Shown here piece by piece: positions 27,996-36,076 of a DNA stretch of 64,000 nt (its first letter is position 1; each line of letters starts with the position of its first letter). A model generated the notes under the pieces. That model had not been told where the DNA came from. It ran no database searches and saw only the letters and a program-made list of their open reading frames with translations. Location of the stretch: assembly GCA_037076615.1 (NCBI GenBank), contig AP029158.1, positions 527,717 through 591,716 on the forward strand, written 5' to 3'. Made by a program: the position numbers and the translations under genes. Source of the stretch: Candidatus Parcubacteria bacterium. GTDB taxonomy: Bacteria > Patescibacteriota > Patescibacteriia > Patescibacteriales > UBA12465.

Positions 27996-28475
27996 TTAAA
28001 GCTTAACTTCCTTCGCGGCCGCGGCTCGTTTTATGAGCTCGGAGCTGGCGCGAATTTTTTTGCCTAAACCATCAACCATCGTAATATTTAATTGCTGACA
28101 AATATCATATTCCGGCACGTCGCCTAAACTTTTACGATCGCCACCGTTAGCAAAAATATCGGGTTTTACCTGAGCGAGCGAGCGACAAACTGTTTTGTCG
28201 CGATCAATAGAAACAAAGACCTCATCAACAGCTCTTAAAGCGCCAATAATTTTAACGCGATCAGCGAGGCTCATAAACGGGACACGGCCCTTTAACTTTA
28301 CTTGATGATCATTGTTAACAATGACGACCAGCTTATCACCGAGCTTTTTCGCCCGTTCAATCATTTCCAGGTGCCCCACATGAAGGGGGTTGAAATAACC
28401 AGAAACGGCGACTACCGTTTTTTTTCGAGTAGGAGTTGAGGCTTTTTTCTTTATTACTTTTTGGATTTCCGCCAT
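27996..28475 (-). CDS. Cytidylyltransferase-family nucleotidyltransferase (RfaE domain II/TagD-like)
   Basis: Start set to the ATG at 28475 (MAEIQKV...). The track's longer ORF overlaps the uppP start and promoter region. SGYFNPLHVGHLEMIE carries the HxGH motif. Confidence 0.8.
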   Translation of the reverse strand: MAEIQKVIKKKASTPTRKKTVVAVSGYFNPLHVGHLEMIERAKKLGDKLVVIVNNDHQVKLKGRVPFMSLADRVKIIGALRAVDEVFVSIDRDKTVCRSLAQVKPDIFANGGDRKSLGDVPEYDICQQLNITMVDGLGKKIRASSELIKRAAAAKEVKL

Positions 28476-28569
28476 ATTAATTTTTATTAAACTGTTTTTA
28501 TTATACCAAAAAATGGGCGACTTTAGAAACCCTTTATTTTTTAGGGCGTCTAGGTTAGAATAGGGACAT

Positions 28570-29352
28570 ATGACTATTTGGCAAAGCTTAATCATGGGCA
28601 TTGTTGAAGGGTTCACCGAATTTCTGCCCATCTCCTCAACCGCCCACCTGATCATCACGAGCGAACTCTTAAAAATTCCGACGACGGATTTTTTAAAAAC
28701 CTTTAACATCTCCATTCAACTCGGAGCCATTCTCGCCGTGGTGATTCTTTATTGGAAAAAAATCTGGTCTTCTTGGAGCTTAATCGGTAAAATTATCGCC
28801 GCGACAATCCCCACCGCTATTCTAGGCCTAGCTTTATACGAAGTGGTAAAAAACTTTTTAATGGAGAGCTTGCCCTTGATTGCCGGCTCTTTGTTTATCG
28901 GCGGCATTATTATTATTTTATTTGAACGCTGGTATGCTCGCAAAAAACCAACTCCTCAAAGTCAATCAAAAGAAGTAAATGACATTAGCTACAAGCAGGC
29001 CGTGATTTTAGGCGCCACTCAATCACTAGCGATGGTGCCCGGAGTGTCACGCTCTGGCGCCACCATTATCGGCGGTTTAGTGCTGGGTATTAGCCGTCAC
29101 AACATTGTGGAATTTTCTTTCCTGTTAGCCATTCCAACCATGATTGGCGCGACTGCCTTAGATATTTACAAGAGCCCGAGCTTATTTACCAGTGATCAGT
29201 TAGTTGTTTGGCTAGTTGGTTTTATAACCGCTTTTATTACGGCAGTGATTGGCGTTAAATTTTTAATCCGTTATGTCCAGCGTAATGATTTTCAAGGCTT
29301 TGCCTGGTACCGAATAATTTTCGGCGCCTTAATTTTTCTCTTCTTAATTTAA
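28570..29352 (+). CDS. uppP: Undecaprenyl-diphosphate phosphatase
   Basis: 260 aa. GIVEGFTEFLPISSTAHL and PGVSRSGATI motifs; polytopic. Confidence 0.93.
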   Translation: MTIWQSLIMGIVEGFTEFLPISSTAHLIITSELLKIPTTDFLKTFNISIQLGAILAVVILYWKKIWSSWSLIGKIIAATIPTAILGLALYEVVKNFLMESLPLIAGSLFIGGIIIILFERWYARKKPTPQSQSKEVNDISYKQAVILGATQSLAMVPGVSRSGATIIGGLVLGISRHNIVEFSFLLAIPTMIGATALDIYKSPSLFTSDQLVVWLVGFITAFITAVIGVKFLIRYVQRNDFQGFAWYRIIFGALIFLFLI

Positions 29353-29364
29353 AGTCTTTTTTTA

Positions 29365-29394
29365 AAAAAACCACCCGGCGCGGTGGTTTTTTAT
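29365..29394. terminator. Bidirectional intrinsic terminator (uppP / tatD)
   Basis: ACCACC-CGGCGC-GGTGGT hairpin with a flanking A-run and T-run. Confidence 0.7.
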
Positions 29395-29397
29395 TTT

Positions 29398-30249
29398 TTA
29401 AAGGCGGAAAAATTTACGAGCGGTTTCGGTGGTAATTTCCGCGACGCGCTCCACTTTCATATTTTTAATCTCGGCAATTCTTTGAGCGACATACTGAACT
29501 AAGACCGGCTCATTACGCTGCCCCCGGTAAGGCTCAGGCGTCATATAAGGAGAATCGGTTTCAATCATAATTCGATCAATGGGCACTTTGCGAATCAGGG
29601 AATCCCAGCTCTGACTAAAAGTAATTAAGCCGGTAAAAGAAATAATTAAACCAAGGTTAAAATACTTCCAAGCTAAATCCTCATCGCCGGAAAAACAATG
29701 AAGCACCCCCCAGGGGCGATCACCGGGAATTAAACTAGTGTAAACTTTACGGAATTCCTGCAGTAAAGCGAGCAAGTCATCATGGGCCTGGCGACAATGA
29801 ATAATGACCGGCAAGTCTAACTGCCGCGCCAAGAGTAATTGCTGCAAGAGCACCGCCTGTTGTCGCTCTTTAACAGTTTTTTGATCTTCATTGGGCGGTA
29901 AATGATAATAATCTAGGCCGATTTCGCCAATCGCGACCACTTTTTCAAACTTCGCCAGTTTTTCATAATTATCATAATAAAAATCTTCACTGCGAGTGGA
30001 AAAATTATAGTTCCCCTCATCACCGCTGTTACTTAAGTGCCCACTGGTTAAATGAACGGGGTGAAGGCCAACGGCCGCATAAACACCTTTCTGATATTTA
30101 TTAGCATAGTTTAAGGCCCGACTGGAGGTCTTATAATCAGAGCCAACTAAAACCATCCAAGTATCATTATCTAAAGCCCGGCGAATCACTTCGTCAGCAT
30201 CCTCCTTAAAATCGGAGAAGTTAATATGAGCGTGAGTATCAATTAACAT
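29398..30249 (-). CDS. tatD: TatD family metal-dependent hydrolase
   Basis: Start set to the ATG at 30249 (MLIDTHAHINF...). The TTG-extended track ORF runs through the upstream gene's terminator. HxH, ...EIGLDY..., ...IIHCR... and ...ETDSPY motifs are present. Confidence 0.88.
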   Translation of the reverse strand: MLIDTHAHINFSDFKEDADEVIRRALDNDTWMVLVGSDYKTSSRALNYANKYQKGVYAAVGLHPVHLTSGHLSNSGDEGNYNFSTRSEDFYYDNYEKLAKFEKVVAIGEIGLDYYHLPPNEDQKTVKERQQAVLLQQLLLARQLDLPVIIHCRQAHDDLLALLQEFRKVYTSLIPGDRPWGVLHCFSGDEDLAWKYFNLGLIISFTGLITFSQSWDSLIRKVPIDRIMIETDSPYMTPEPYRGQRNEPVLVQYVAQRIAEIKNMKVERVAEITTETARKFFRL

Positions 30250-30254
30250 TTTTT

Positions 30255-30282
30255 TCAAAAAAGACACGCTAAGCGTGTCTTT
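30255..30282 (-). terminator. Intrinsic terminator after the Cys-rich protein gene
   Basis: On the minus strand: AGACACGC-TTA-GCGTGTCT followed by TTTTTTG. Confidence 0.7.
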
Positions 30283-30319
30283 AAAGTTATTTAAATCACT
30301 TTTAAAGAGGGACGCCAAA

Positions 30320-30766
30320 TTATTTTTGTTCCTCAGCTTTTTTCTCGTGGCCAGTAATAGTGGTGCGGGCCTGCTCCGCGCGCTCCTTAATTTCGGCGGC
30401 GGTTTCAGAAAAATTTTCTTTTAAATCAACGCTGGTTTTTAGGGCCTCGGTCTTTAATTCTGTTAATTTGTCCTTAGTTTCTGCCAAGGTCTCACTGATT
30501 GTCTCTTTGCTCTCTGACCAAGCCTCATCTGCTTCCGCTCTTACCTCTTGCCAAGATTTTTTCAAATGTTCGGTCGCCTCTTTTAAACCCTCAGTTAACT
30601 CCTCTTTAATCTCCGAAGTAGCCTCAGTTAACTCTTCTTTAACTTCCGATAAGGCCCCTTTAGCCGCTTTAGCCGCAGCGTCTAAATGCTCGGCGGCCGA
30701 CGATTTTTCTTCACAATGACAGCTGCCGAATAATTTTTTATACCACGGACAATTGCACTTTGACAT
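30320..30766 (-). CDS. Cys-cluster / acidic helical-repeat protein (148 aa), function unknown
   Basis: MSKCNCPWYKKLFGSCHCEEK is followed by about 120 aa of low-complexity E/K/A/T helix with repeated (V/I)KEELTE units. It has its own promoter and terminator. Confidence 0.65.
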   Translation of the reverse strand: MSKCNCPWYKKLFGSCHCEEKSSAAEHLDAAAKAAKGALSEVKEELTEATSEIKEELTEGLKEATEHLKKSWQEVRAEADEAWSESKETISETLAETKDKLTELKTEALKTSVDLKENFSETAAEIKERAEQARTTITGHEKKAEEQK

Positions 30767-30796
30767 AATTTTAGAGCTTATTTTAAAAACATTAAA

Positions 30797-30824
30797 ATTA
30801 TAGCATTCTCAGGAAAATTTTCAA
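30797..30824 (-). promoter_or_regulatory. sigma70-type promoter (TTGAAA-16-TATAAT)
   Basis: On the minus strand: TTGAAA (30824-30819) and perfect TATAAT (30802-30797). Confidence 0.6.
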
Positions 30825-30862
30825 TTAAAATTTACTGGCCAAAACATTTTATTAACGGCCTT

Positions 30863-31918
30863 TTAAACCTTAAGCTCCTTGATAATTTTTTCATCCTGAC
30901 GGCTAATATTCTTCGGGATTTCCACTTTGACGGTGACAAAATGCTCTCCTTGACCAAAGCCATTAAGCTTGGGGAAGCCCTTATTTCGAAGTTTGAAAAC
31001 TGTCCCCGGCTGAGTGCCGGCCGGAATTTTCAAGATTACCGGACCGTAAACAGTTTCCACCTCCACCTTATCCCCTAAAATGGCCTGCTTAATGTTAATT
31101 TTGAGGTCAGTTCTAATATCATAACCATCCCTTTTGAATTTCTTATCCGGAGCCACTTGGACCTGTAAGTAAAGATCGCCAGCCGAGCCGCCTAAATAAC
31201 CATCATCGCCGTAACCGGAAAGACGAATTGTTTCACCGTCCGAGATCCCCGCCGGAACCCGCACCTTTACTTTAATATCCTTTTTAACTAAACCATCGCC
31301 GCCACACTGAGAACATTTCTGACTATAGATTTTCCCTTCGCCCTGGCATTGGGGGCAGGAATTTTTTGTTTGGATATTACCCAAAACGGTGCGGGAGATG
31401 CCAATAACGTAGCCCTTGCCTTGGCAAGTAGGACAATTTTCCACTTTAGAACCCGGCTCCGCGCCGTCACCGTGACAATGGGCGCAAGTGGTCTGCTTAC
31501 TAAAAGAGACTTCCTTTTCTAAACCAAAAACCGATTCTTTGAAACTTAAATTAAGGGTCAACTCCAGGTCGCGGCCGCGCTGGGGCTGCCGCCGTCCACC
31601 ACCACGTGCATTACCAAAGCCAAAAATATCAGAGAAGCCCCCGAATAAATCATCCATATTAATACCGCCTTGAAAGTCCGACCAGTTGAAGCCGCCGCCG
31701 CCACCACCAGAAAAGGCCGCGTCCCCAAATTGGTCATATTTGCGACGCCTATCTTGATCTTTTAAAACCTGATAAGCCTCATTGACTTCTTTAAATTTCT
31801 CTTCATCACCACCTTTATCGGGGTGATATTCATGAGCCTTTTTGCGAAAAGCATTTTTAATTTCCGCTTCACTGGCGTTTTTTTCAACCCCTAAAATTTT
31901 GTAATAATCTTTTGCCAT
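30863..31918 (-). CDS. dnaJ: Molecular chaperone DnaJ
   Basis: 351 aa. J-domain with HPD, a G/F region, and four CxxCxG(x)G zinc repeats. Confidence 0.96.
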   Translation of the reverse strand: MAKDYYKILGVEKNASEAEIKNAFRKKAHEYHPDKGGDEEKFKEVNEAYQVLKDQDRRRKYDQFGDAAFSGGGGGGFNWSDFQGGINMDDLFGGFSDIFGFGNARGGGRRQPQRGRDLELTLNLSFKESVFGLEKEVSFSKQTTCAHCHGDGAEPGSKVENCPTCQGKGYVIGISRTVLGNIQTKNSCPQCQGEGKIYSQKCSQCGGDGLVKKDIKVKVRVPAGISDGETIRLSGYGDDGYLGGSAGDLYLQVQVAPDKKFKRDGYDIRTDLKINIKQAILGDKVEVETVYGPVILKIPAGTQPGTVFKLRNKGFPKLNGFGQGEHFVTVKVEIPKNISRQDEKIIKELKV

Positions 31919-31983
31919 AAATTTCTTTAGCGAATAAAGCGCCCCAGCAAAGAAGGCTGCGGCGCTCTAACGCTCAAGAATAA

Positions 31984-33882
31984 TTATTTCTTATCCTCAA
32001 CTTCACCCTCCACCACTGGCTCTTCACCGTCAGTTTTAGGCTCTGACTGATTTTGGTTGTCATCAGTCTTGGCTTCAGTCGCGGACTGCTCATACATCGC
32101 CGCCCCAATTTTTTGGGCGACCCGATTAACTGCTTCTAACTGCTTCTTAATTCCCTCAACATCATTAGCCTCTTTTGCTTTTTTAAGTTCACCGACTTCT
32201 TTTTCTAATTCGGTTTTATCTTCGGCCTTCATCTTGTCCCCGGATTCTTTAAGCATTTTCTCGGTAGAGAAAACGACAGAGTCCGCTTGATTATTTAATT
32301 CTACACTTTCTTTTTTCTTTTTATCTTCTTCAGCGTGGACTTCGGCCTCATGCTTCATTTTTTCCACTTCTTCCTTGGACAAACCAGAAGAAGCCGTAAT
32401 AGTAATTTTTTGTTGTTTGTTCGTTGCCTTATCAGTCGCACTGACATTCAAAATCCCATTGGCATCAATATCAAACTTAACTTCAATTTGCGGAACACCT
32501 CGAGGAGCGGTCGGAATGCCGTCTAAAATAAAGCGGCCGAGAGTTTTGTTATCAGCGGACATTGGCCTTTCTCCTTGAACAATGTGAATTTCAACACTAG
32601 TCTGGCCGTCAGCGGCAGTAGAGAAAATTTGCGACTTAGAGGTCGGGATCGTCGTGTTGCGATCAATTAAAGGCGTCGCGACCCCGCCCATCGTTTCAAT
32701 TCCTAAGGTTAAAGGCGTTACATCTAAGAGCAGAACATCTTTAACATCACCCTGTAAAACTCCGGCTTGAACCGCGGCCCCTAAAGCTACAACTTCATCA
32801 GGATTAACACTGAGGTTTGGCTCTTTGCCAAAGAATTCTTTAACTTTTTTCATCACCAAAGGCATCCGAGTCATGCCGCCAACTAAAATTACTTCTTCAA
32901 TATCGCTAACTTTAAAACCAGCGTCAGCTAAAGCTTTCTTACAGGGCTCTAAAGTTTTATCAACCAAATCTTCAACTAAAGATTCTAGTTCAGCACGGGC
33001 GATTTTCTTGACTAAGTGCTTCGGACCGTTTTCATCGGTAGCAATAAAAGGTTGATTAATTTCGGTTTCCTGCGCGGTGGAGAGTTCAATCTTCGCTTTT
33101 TCCGCTGATTCTTTAATTCGCTGTAGAGCGAGCGGATCTTTAGAAAGGTCAATCCCTTCATCCTTTTTAAAACTTTCAATAATCCAATCAATAATGCGCT
33201 TATCAAAATCTTCCCCGCCTAAATGGGTGTCGCCATTAGTGGCTTTTACCTCAACAGTGTCCGAAGAAATATCTAAGACAGAAACATCAAAAGTCCCGCC
33301 GCCTAAATCATAGACGACCGCTTGCTGCCCTTGTTTTTTATCAAAACCATAAGCTAAGGCCGCAGCGGTGGGCTCATTGATAATTCTCTTCACTTCTAAA
33401 CCAGCAATGGTGCCGGCATCTTTAGTGGCTTGTCTTTGCGCATCATCGAAATAAGCCGGAACGGTAATAATCGCCTCGGTAATTTTTTCACCAATCTTGG
33501 CCTCCGCATCCGCCTTCAATTTACTTAAAATCATCGCCGAAACCTCTTGTGGTGTATATTCTTTATCACCGAGCTTAATTTTGACGCCAGAGCCGGATTG
33601 AACAATCTTATAAGAAGTTGTTTTTAAATCGTTTTGGACGTCGGCATCATCAAACTTGCGGCCCATTAAACGCTTAACGGCGTAAACGGTCTGCTCTGGG
33701 TTAATGACCGCTTGGCGTTTAGCCGCAGCACCGACTAAGCGCTCACCAGCTTTAGAATTTGCTACCACTGATGGAGTGGTGCGCATACCTTCAATGTTTT
33801 CTAAGATTTTAGGACTGCCGCCTTCCATGATGGCCATGGCACTATTGGTAGTACCCAAATCAATTCCTAGTATTTTGCTCAT
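31984..33882 (-). CDS. dnaK: Molecular chaperone DnaK (Hsp70)
   Basis: 632 aa. [17 protein letters not shown] and the remaining Hsp70 signatures. Confidence 0.98.
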   Translation of the reverse strand: MSKILGIDLGTTNSAMAIMEGGSPKILENIEGMRTTPSVVANSKAGERLVGAAAKRQAVINPEQTVYAVKRLMGRKFDDADVQNDLKTTSYKIVQSGSGVKIKLGDKEYTPQEVSAMILSKLKADAEAKIGEKITEAIITVPAYFDDAQRQATKDAGTIAGLEVKRIINEPTAAALAYGFDKKQGQQAVVYDLGGGTFDVSVLDISSDTVEVKATNGDTHLGGEDFDKRIIDWIIESFKKDEGIDLSKDPLALQRIKESAEKAKIELSTAQETEINQPFIATDENGPKHLVKKIARAELESLVEDLVDKTLEPCKKALADAGFKVSDIEEVILVGGMTRMPLVMKKVKEFFGKEPNLSVNPDEVVALGAAVQAGVLQGDVKDVLLLDVTPLTLGIETMGGVATPLIDRNTTIPTSKSQIFSTAADGQTSVEIHIVQGERPMSADNKTLGRFILDGIPTAPRGVPQIEVKFDIDANGILNVSATDKATNKQQKITITASSGLSKEEVEKMKHEAEVHAEEDKKKKESVELNNQADSVVFSTEKMLKESGDKMKAEDKTELEKEVGELKKAKEANDVEGIKKQLEAVNRVAQKIGAAMYEQSATEAKTDDNQNQSEPKTDGEEPVVEGEVEDKK

Positions 33883-33923
33883 ATTTTTCTTTAATCAGTC
33901 CCAAAAAAGAACCGAATTACAAA

Positions 33924-34355
33924 TTATTTTTTAGTTTCAATTTTAATATTTTTAGTTTCGCTAGTCGCAGCCTTGGGAATCGTAATCTTCAAGACGCCAT
34001 CACTAGCGGTCGCTTTGGCACTACTGCTATCAACCTTAGCCGGCAAAGCGATGGAGCGGTAAAAAGAGCCGCGGCGAATCTCTTTGCGGTAATAATTTTT
34101 ATCATCAACTTCACTACGTTTCTCACTCTCGCCTTTAATAGAAAGCGTATCATTCTCAATTGAAACCTGAACTTGCTCCGGATCAATGCCCGCGAGTTGG
34201 GTTTCCACAATAATATTGTCTTTATCTTCATAGATATCGACAGCCGGCGTAAAGCCTTCTTGTTGACTGCGAATCGCCGGTAAAAAATCTCCGAACGCTT
34301 TATCAAATTCATCAAAGGGGTCGGCAAATAAGGGTGTCCATTTTATTAATGACAT
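33924..34355 (-). CDS. Small heat-shock protein, Hsp20/alpha-crystallin family
   Basis: 143 aa. PAVDIYEDKDNIIVETQLAGI...GVLKITIPK alpha-crystallin pattern. Confidence 0.9.
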   Translation of the reverse strand: MSLIKWTPLFADPFDEFDKAFGDFLPAIRSQQEGFTPAVDIYEDKDNIIVETQLAGIDPEQVQVSIENDTLSIKGESEKRSEVDDKNYYRKEIRRGSFYRSIALPAKVDSSSAKATASDGVLKITIPKAATSETKNIKIETKK

Positions 34356-34410
34356 ATTTTTGGGAGGCGGTCCTAGAATCTTGCGACGCCAGGCCTAACC
34401 TATTTAATTA

Positions 34411-35268
34411 TTAATTATTTTTTAATTCTGGCTCTAAGTCAGCGGGAGGTGGAGTTGGGCCGACAATTACTTTGGCGGCCTTGATTAAGCGGCCATTTAA
34501 CTGATAACCAGGAATAACTTCCTTAACGACAATATCGCCAGCGCCTTCAATCGCTTCCATGGTATTGGCATCAAAGGCTTGGCCGACGGTGACAATCTCG
34601 GAAACGCCCTCGGTATTTAGCAATTCTTTAAATTGTTTGAGAACATGCCCAACACCCACTACCCAGGCACTCTTAGTTTCGGTGTTCGGTAAATTTACTA
34701 AGGACAGTTTTAAATGATCATAAACGGGCAATAAATCCTCAATTAAGCGGCTGTTAGCGTATTTAATAAATTCCGTTTTTTCCTGAGCCGTTTGCTTAAC
34801 TAAGTTTTGATAATCGGCTAAAGAACGGTGGTACTTATCTTTATAGTGACTTTGCTCTAAATAGTTTTGGGCCAGCGTGTTAACGGCAACCACGAAAGGA
34901 CAAACTTTTTTATTATCACCAAGCTCCTCTTTAGAGAACCATTCTAACTGACTATATTTTTCAGAATTAAGTTTTGCTGCGCCAGAAAAATCAGTGATTA
35001 AAAAACGGAGCAAATAAACATCGTCAATTAAATCGCCAGCGACAAGTTGGGGGGTGACAATATTTAAATTCAAGATGGTTTTTATTTGACGAACTAAATA
35101 TTCCTCCGGGGCGACCACTTCTTTGACAGAAAAAGAAGGCGCCCGCCACTGTTGGCTCTTTTTATCCAGAGCTAATAAAATTTTTCCATCTTCCCTAATA
35201 ATTAGGGCGCTGACCGCCAGCCGAGGAGCGGCCGAGTTTAGACTTTGAGAATTATCGGTTTTAGGCAT
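34411..35268 (-). CDS. grpE: GrpE nucleotide-exchange factor with N-terminal degenerate Nudix-like domain
   Basis: 285 aa. Residues from about 140 to 270 (SLADYQNLVKQ...LLPVYDHLKLSL...GYQLNGRLIKAAKV) are GrpE. Residues from about 15 to 125 follow a Nudix-fold pattern (AVSALIIREDGKILLA...W..P...LEWFSKEEL), but the Nudix box reads RQIKTI instead of REUxEE. Confidence 0.85.
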   Translation of the reverse strand: MPKTDNSQSLNSAAPRLAVSALIIREDGKILLALDKKSQQWRAPSFSVKEVVAPEEYLVRQIKTILNLNIVTPQLVAGDLIDDVYLLRFLITDFSGAAKLNSEKYSQLEWFSKEELGDNKKVCPFVVAVNTLAQNYLEQSHYKDKYHRSLADYQNLVKQTAQEKTEFIKYANSRLIEDLLPVYDHLKLSLVNLPNTETKSAWVVGVGHVLKQFKELLNTEGVSEIVTVGQAFDANTMEAIEGAGDIVVKEVIPGYQLNGRLIKAAKVIVGPTPPPADLEPELKNN

Positions 35269-35277
35269 AGGAAAATT

Positions 35278-35967
35278 TTAACGATTAAATTTATTTTTTA
35301 AATAAGAAACCAGGGCGAGGTTATGGCCGTAATCCATTCGCAGTGGCCCTATGAGTCCAAAGACTCCGGCCTGATTTTGGTCTTTATACTTAACCAAAGC
35401 CGTGCTGAGAAAGGATCCAAACGGGTTTTTAGAACCGATTAAAACATGTTCCTTGTAGTCCAGGCGCTCAAAAACTTGAGCAATGATTTCTTCTAACTGG
35501 TCTATTACTACCGAAATATCATAAACGGTTTCTAACTGTTTAAACTCCGGATGCGAAAAGAGGTTAGCGAGTCCGGTGTGATAAACATTGTTCTTGCTAA
35601 AAGCCCAAAAAACAGCACTGTTAGATAACTCAGCGACCCGCTTCGCAAAAACTCGATAAGCATCTTCATCTTTAGCAAATAGGCGATCAAACTCGGCCTC
35701 TTCACTTTCTTTTAGCCGGGGCGGGTTCTTCTTGAGATCGGCCAACCAGAGGTTATAAGCCTTCTCGGTCGGAATGCGTCCGGCCGAAGTATGAGGCTGA
35801 ACAATGTAGCCCGCCTCTTCTAGTTCTGCCATTTCGTTCCGAATAGTAGCCGAAGAGACGCCAATACGTGAAGTTTTAGCTAACATGCCTGATGAAACCG
35901 GCTGAGCCGTCTTCAAGTATTCTTTAATTAACGCTTTTAAAAGAGTTAGCTTACGGGAATCCAACAT
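35278..35967 (-). CDS. hrcA: Heat-inducible transcription repressor HrcA (short form, 229 aa)
   Basis: N-terminal wHTH LLKALIKEYLKTAQPVSSGMLA...SSATIRNEMAELEEAGY. About 110 aa shorter than typical HrcA. Confidence 0.88.
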   Translation of the reverse strand: MLDSRKLTLLKALIKEYLKTAQPVSSGMLAKTSRIGVSSATIRNEMAELEEAGYIVQPHTSAGRIPTEKAYNLWLADLKKNPPRLKESEEAEFDRLFAKDEDAYRVFAKRVAELSNSAVFWAFSKNNVYHTGLANLFSHPEFKQLETVYDISVVIDQLEEIIAQVFERLDYKEHVLIGSKNPFGSFLSTALVKYKDQNQAGVFGLIGPLRMDYGHNLALVSYLKNKFNR

Positions 35968-35989
35968 AAAAAAAACTTATTACAACTCC

Positions 35990-36018
35990 ATTATATACAA
36001 ACTTAGCAGTCTTGTCAA
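35990..36018 (-). promoter_or_regulatory. Perfect sigma70 promoter TTGACA-17-TATAAT for the hrcA operon
   Basis: On the minus strand: TTGACA (36018-36013) and TATAAT (35995-35990). The -35 lies inside the CIRCE spacer. Confidence 0.7.
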
Positions 36019-36029
36019 TAGACTGCTAA
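36003..36029. promoter_or_regulatory. CIRCE-like HrcA operator (variant)
   Basis: Perfect inverted repeat TTAGCAGTC-N9-GACTGCTAA. The consensus is TTAGCACTC-N9-GAGTGCTAA; both arms carry the same compensating swap. Confidence 0.85.
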
Positions 36030-36076
36030 GTTAAACAGATAATCCTTATTTTTTGGCTAATTAACAAGAAAAAAAA

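Noticed and set aside
28476-28715. 80-codon N-terminal extension of the cytidylyltransferase ORF.
   Set aside because: It overlaps the start of divergent uppP and its promoter region. The conserved domain and a proper ATG begin at 28475.
30250-30318. TTG-initiated extension of tatD.
   Set aside because: It runs through the hairpin terminator of the upstream gene. The ATG at 30249 gives the canonical MLIDTHAH start.
32057-33934. Multiple 60-80 aa plus-strand ORFs inside dnaK, with similar antisense ORFs inside dnaB, murA, thyA, ftsZ, ftsA, nrdD and others.
   Set aside because: These are shadow ORFs antisense to, or out of frame with, highly conserved genes. They are low-complexity, with no independent signals.
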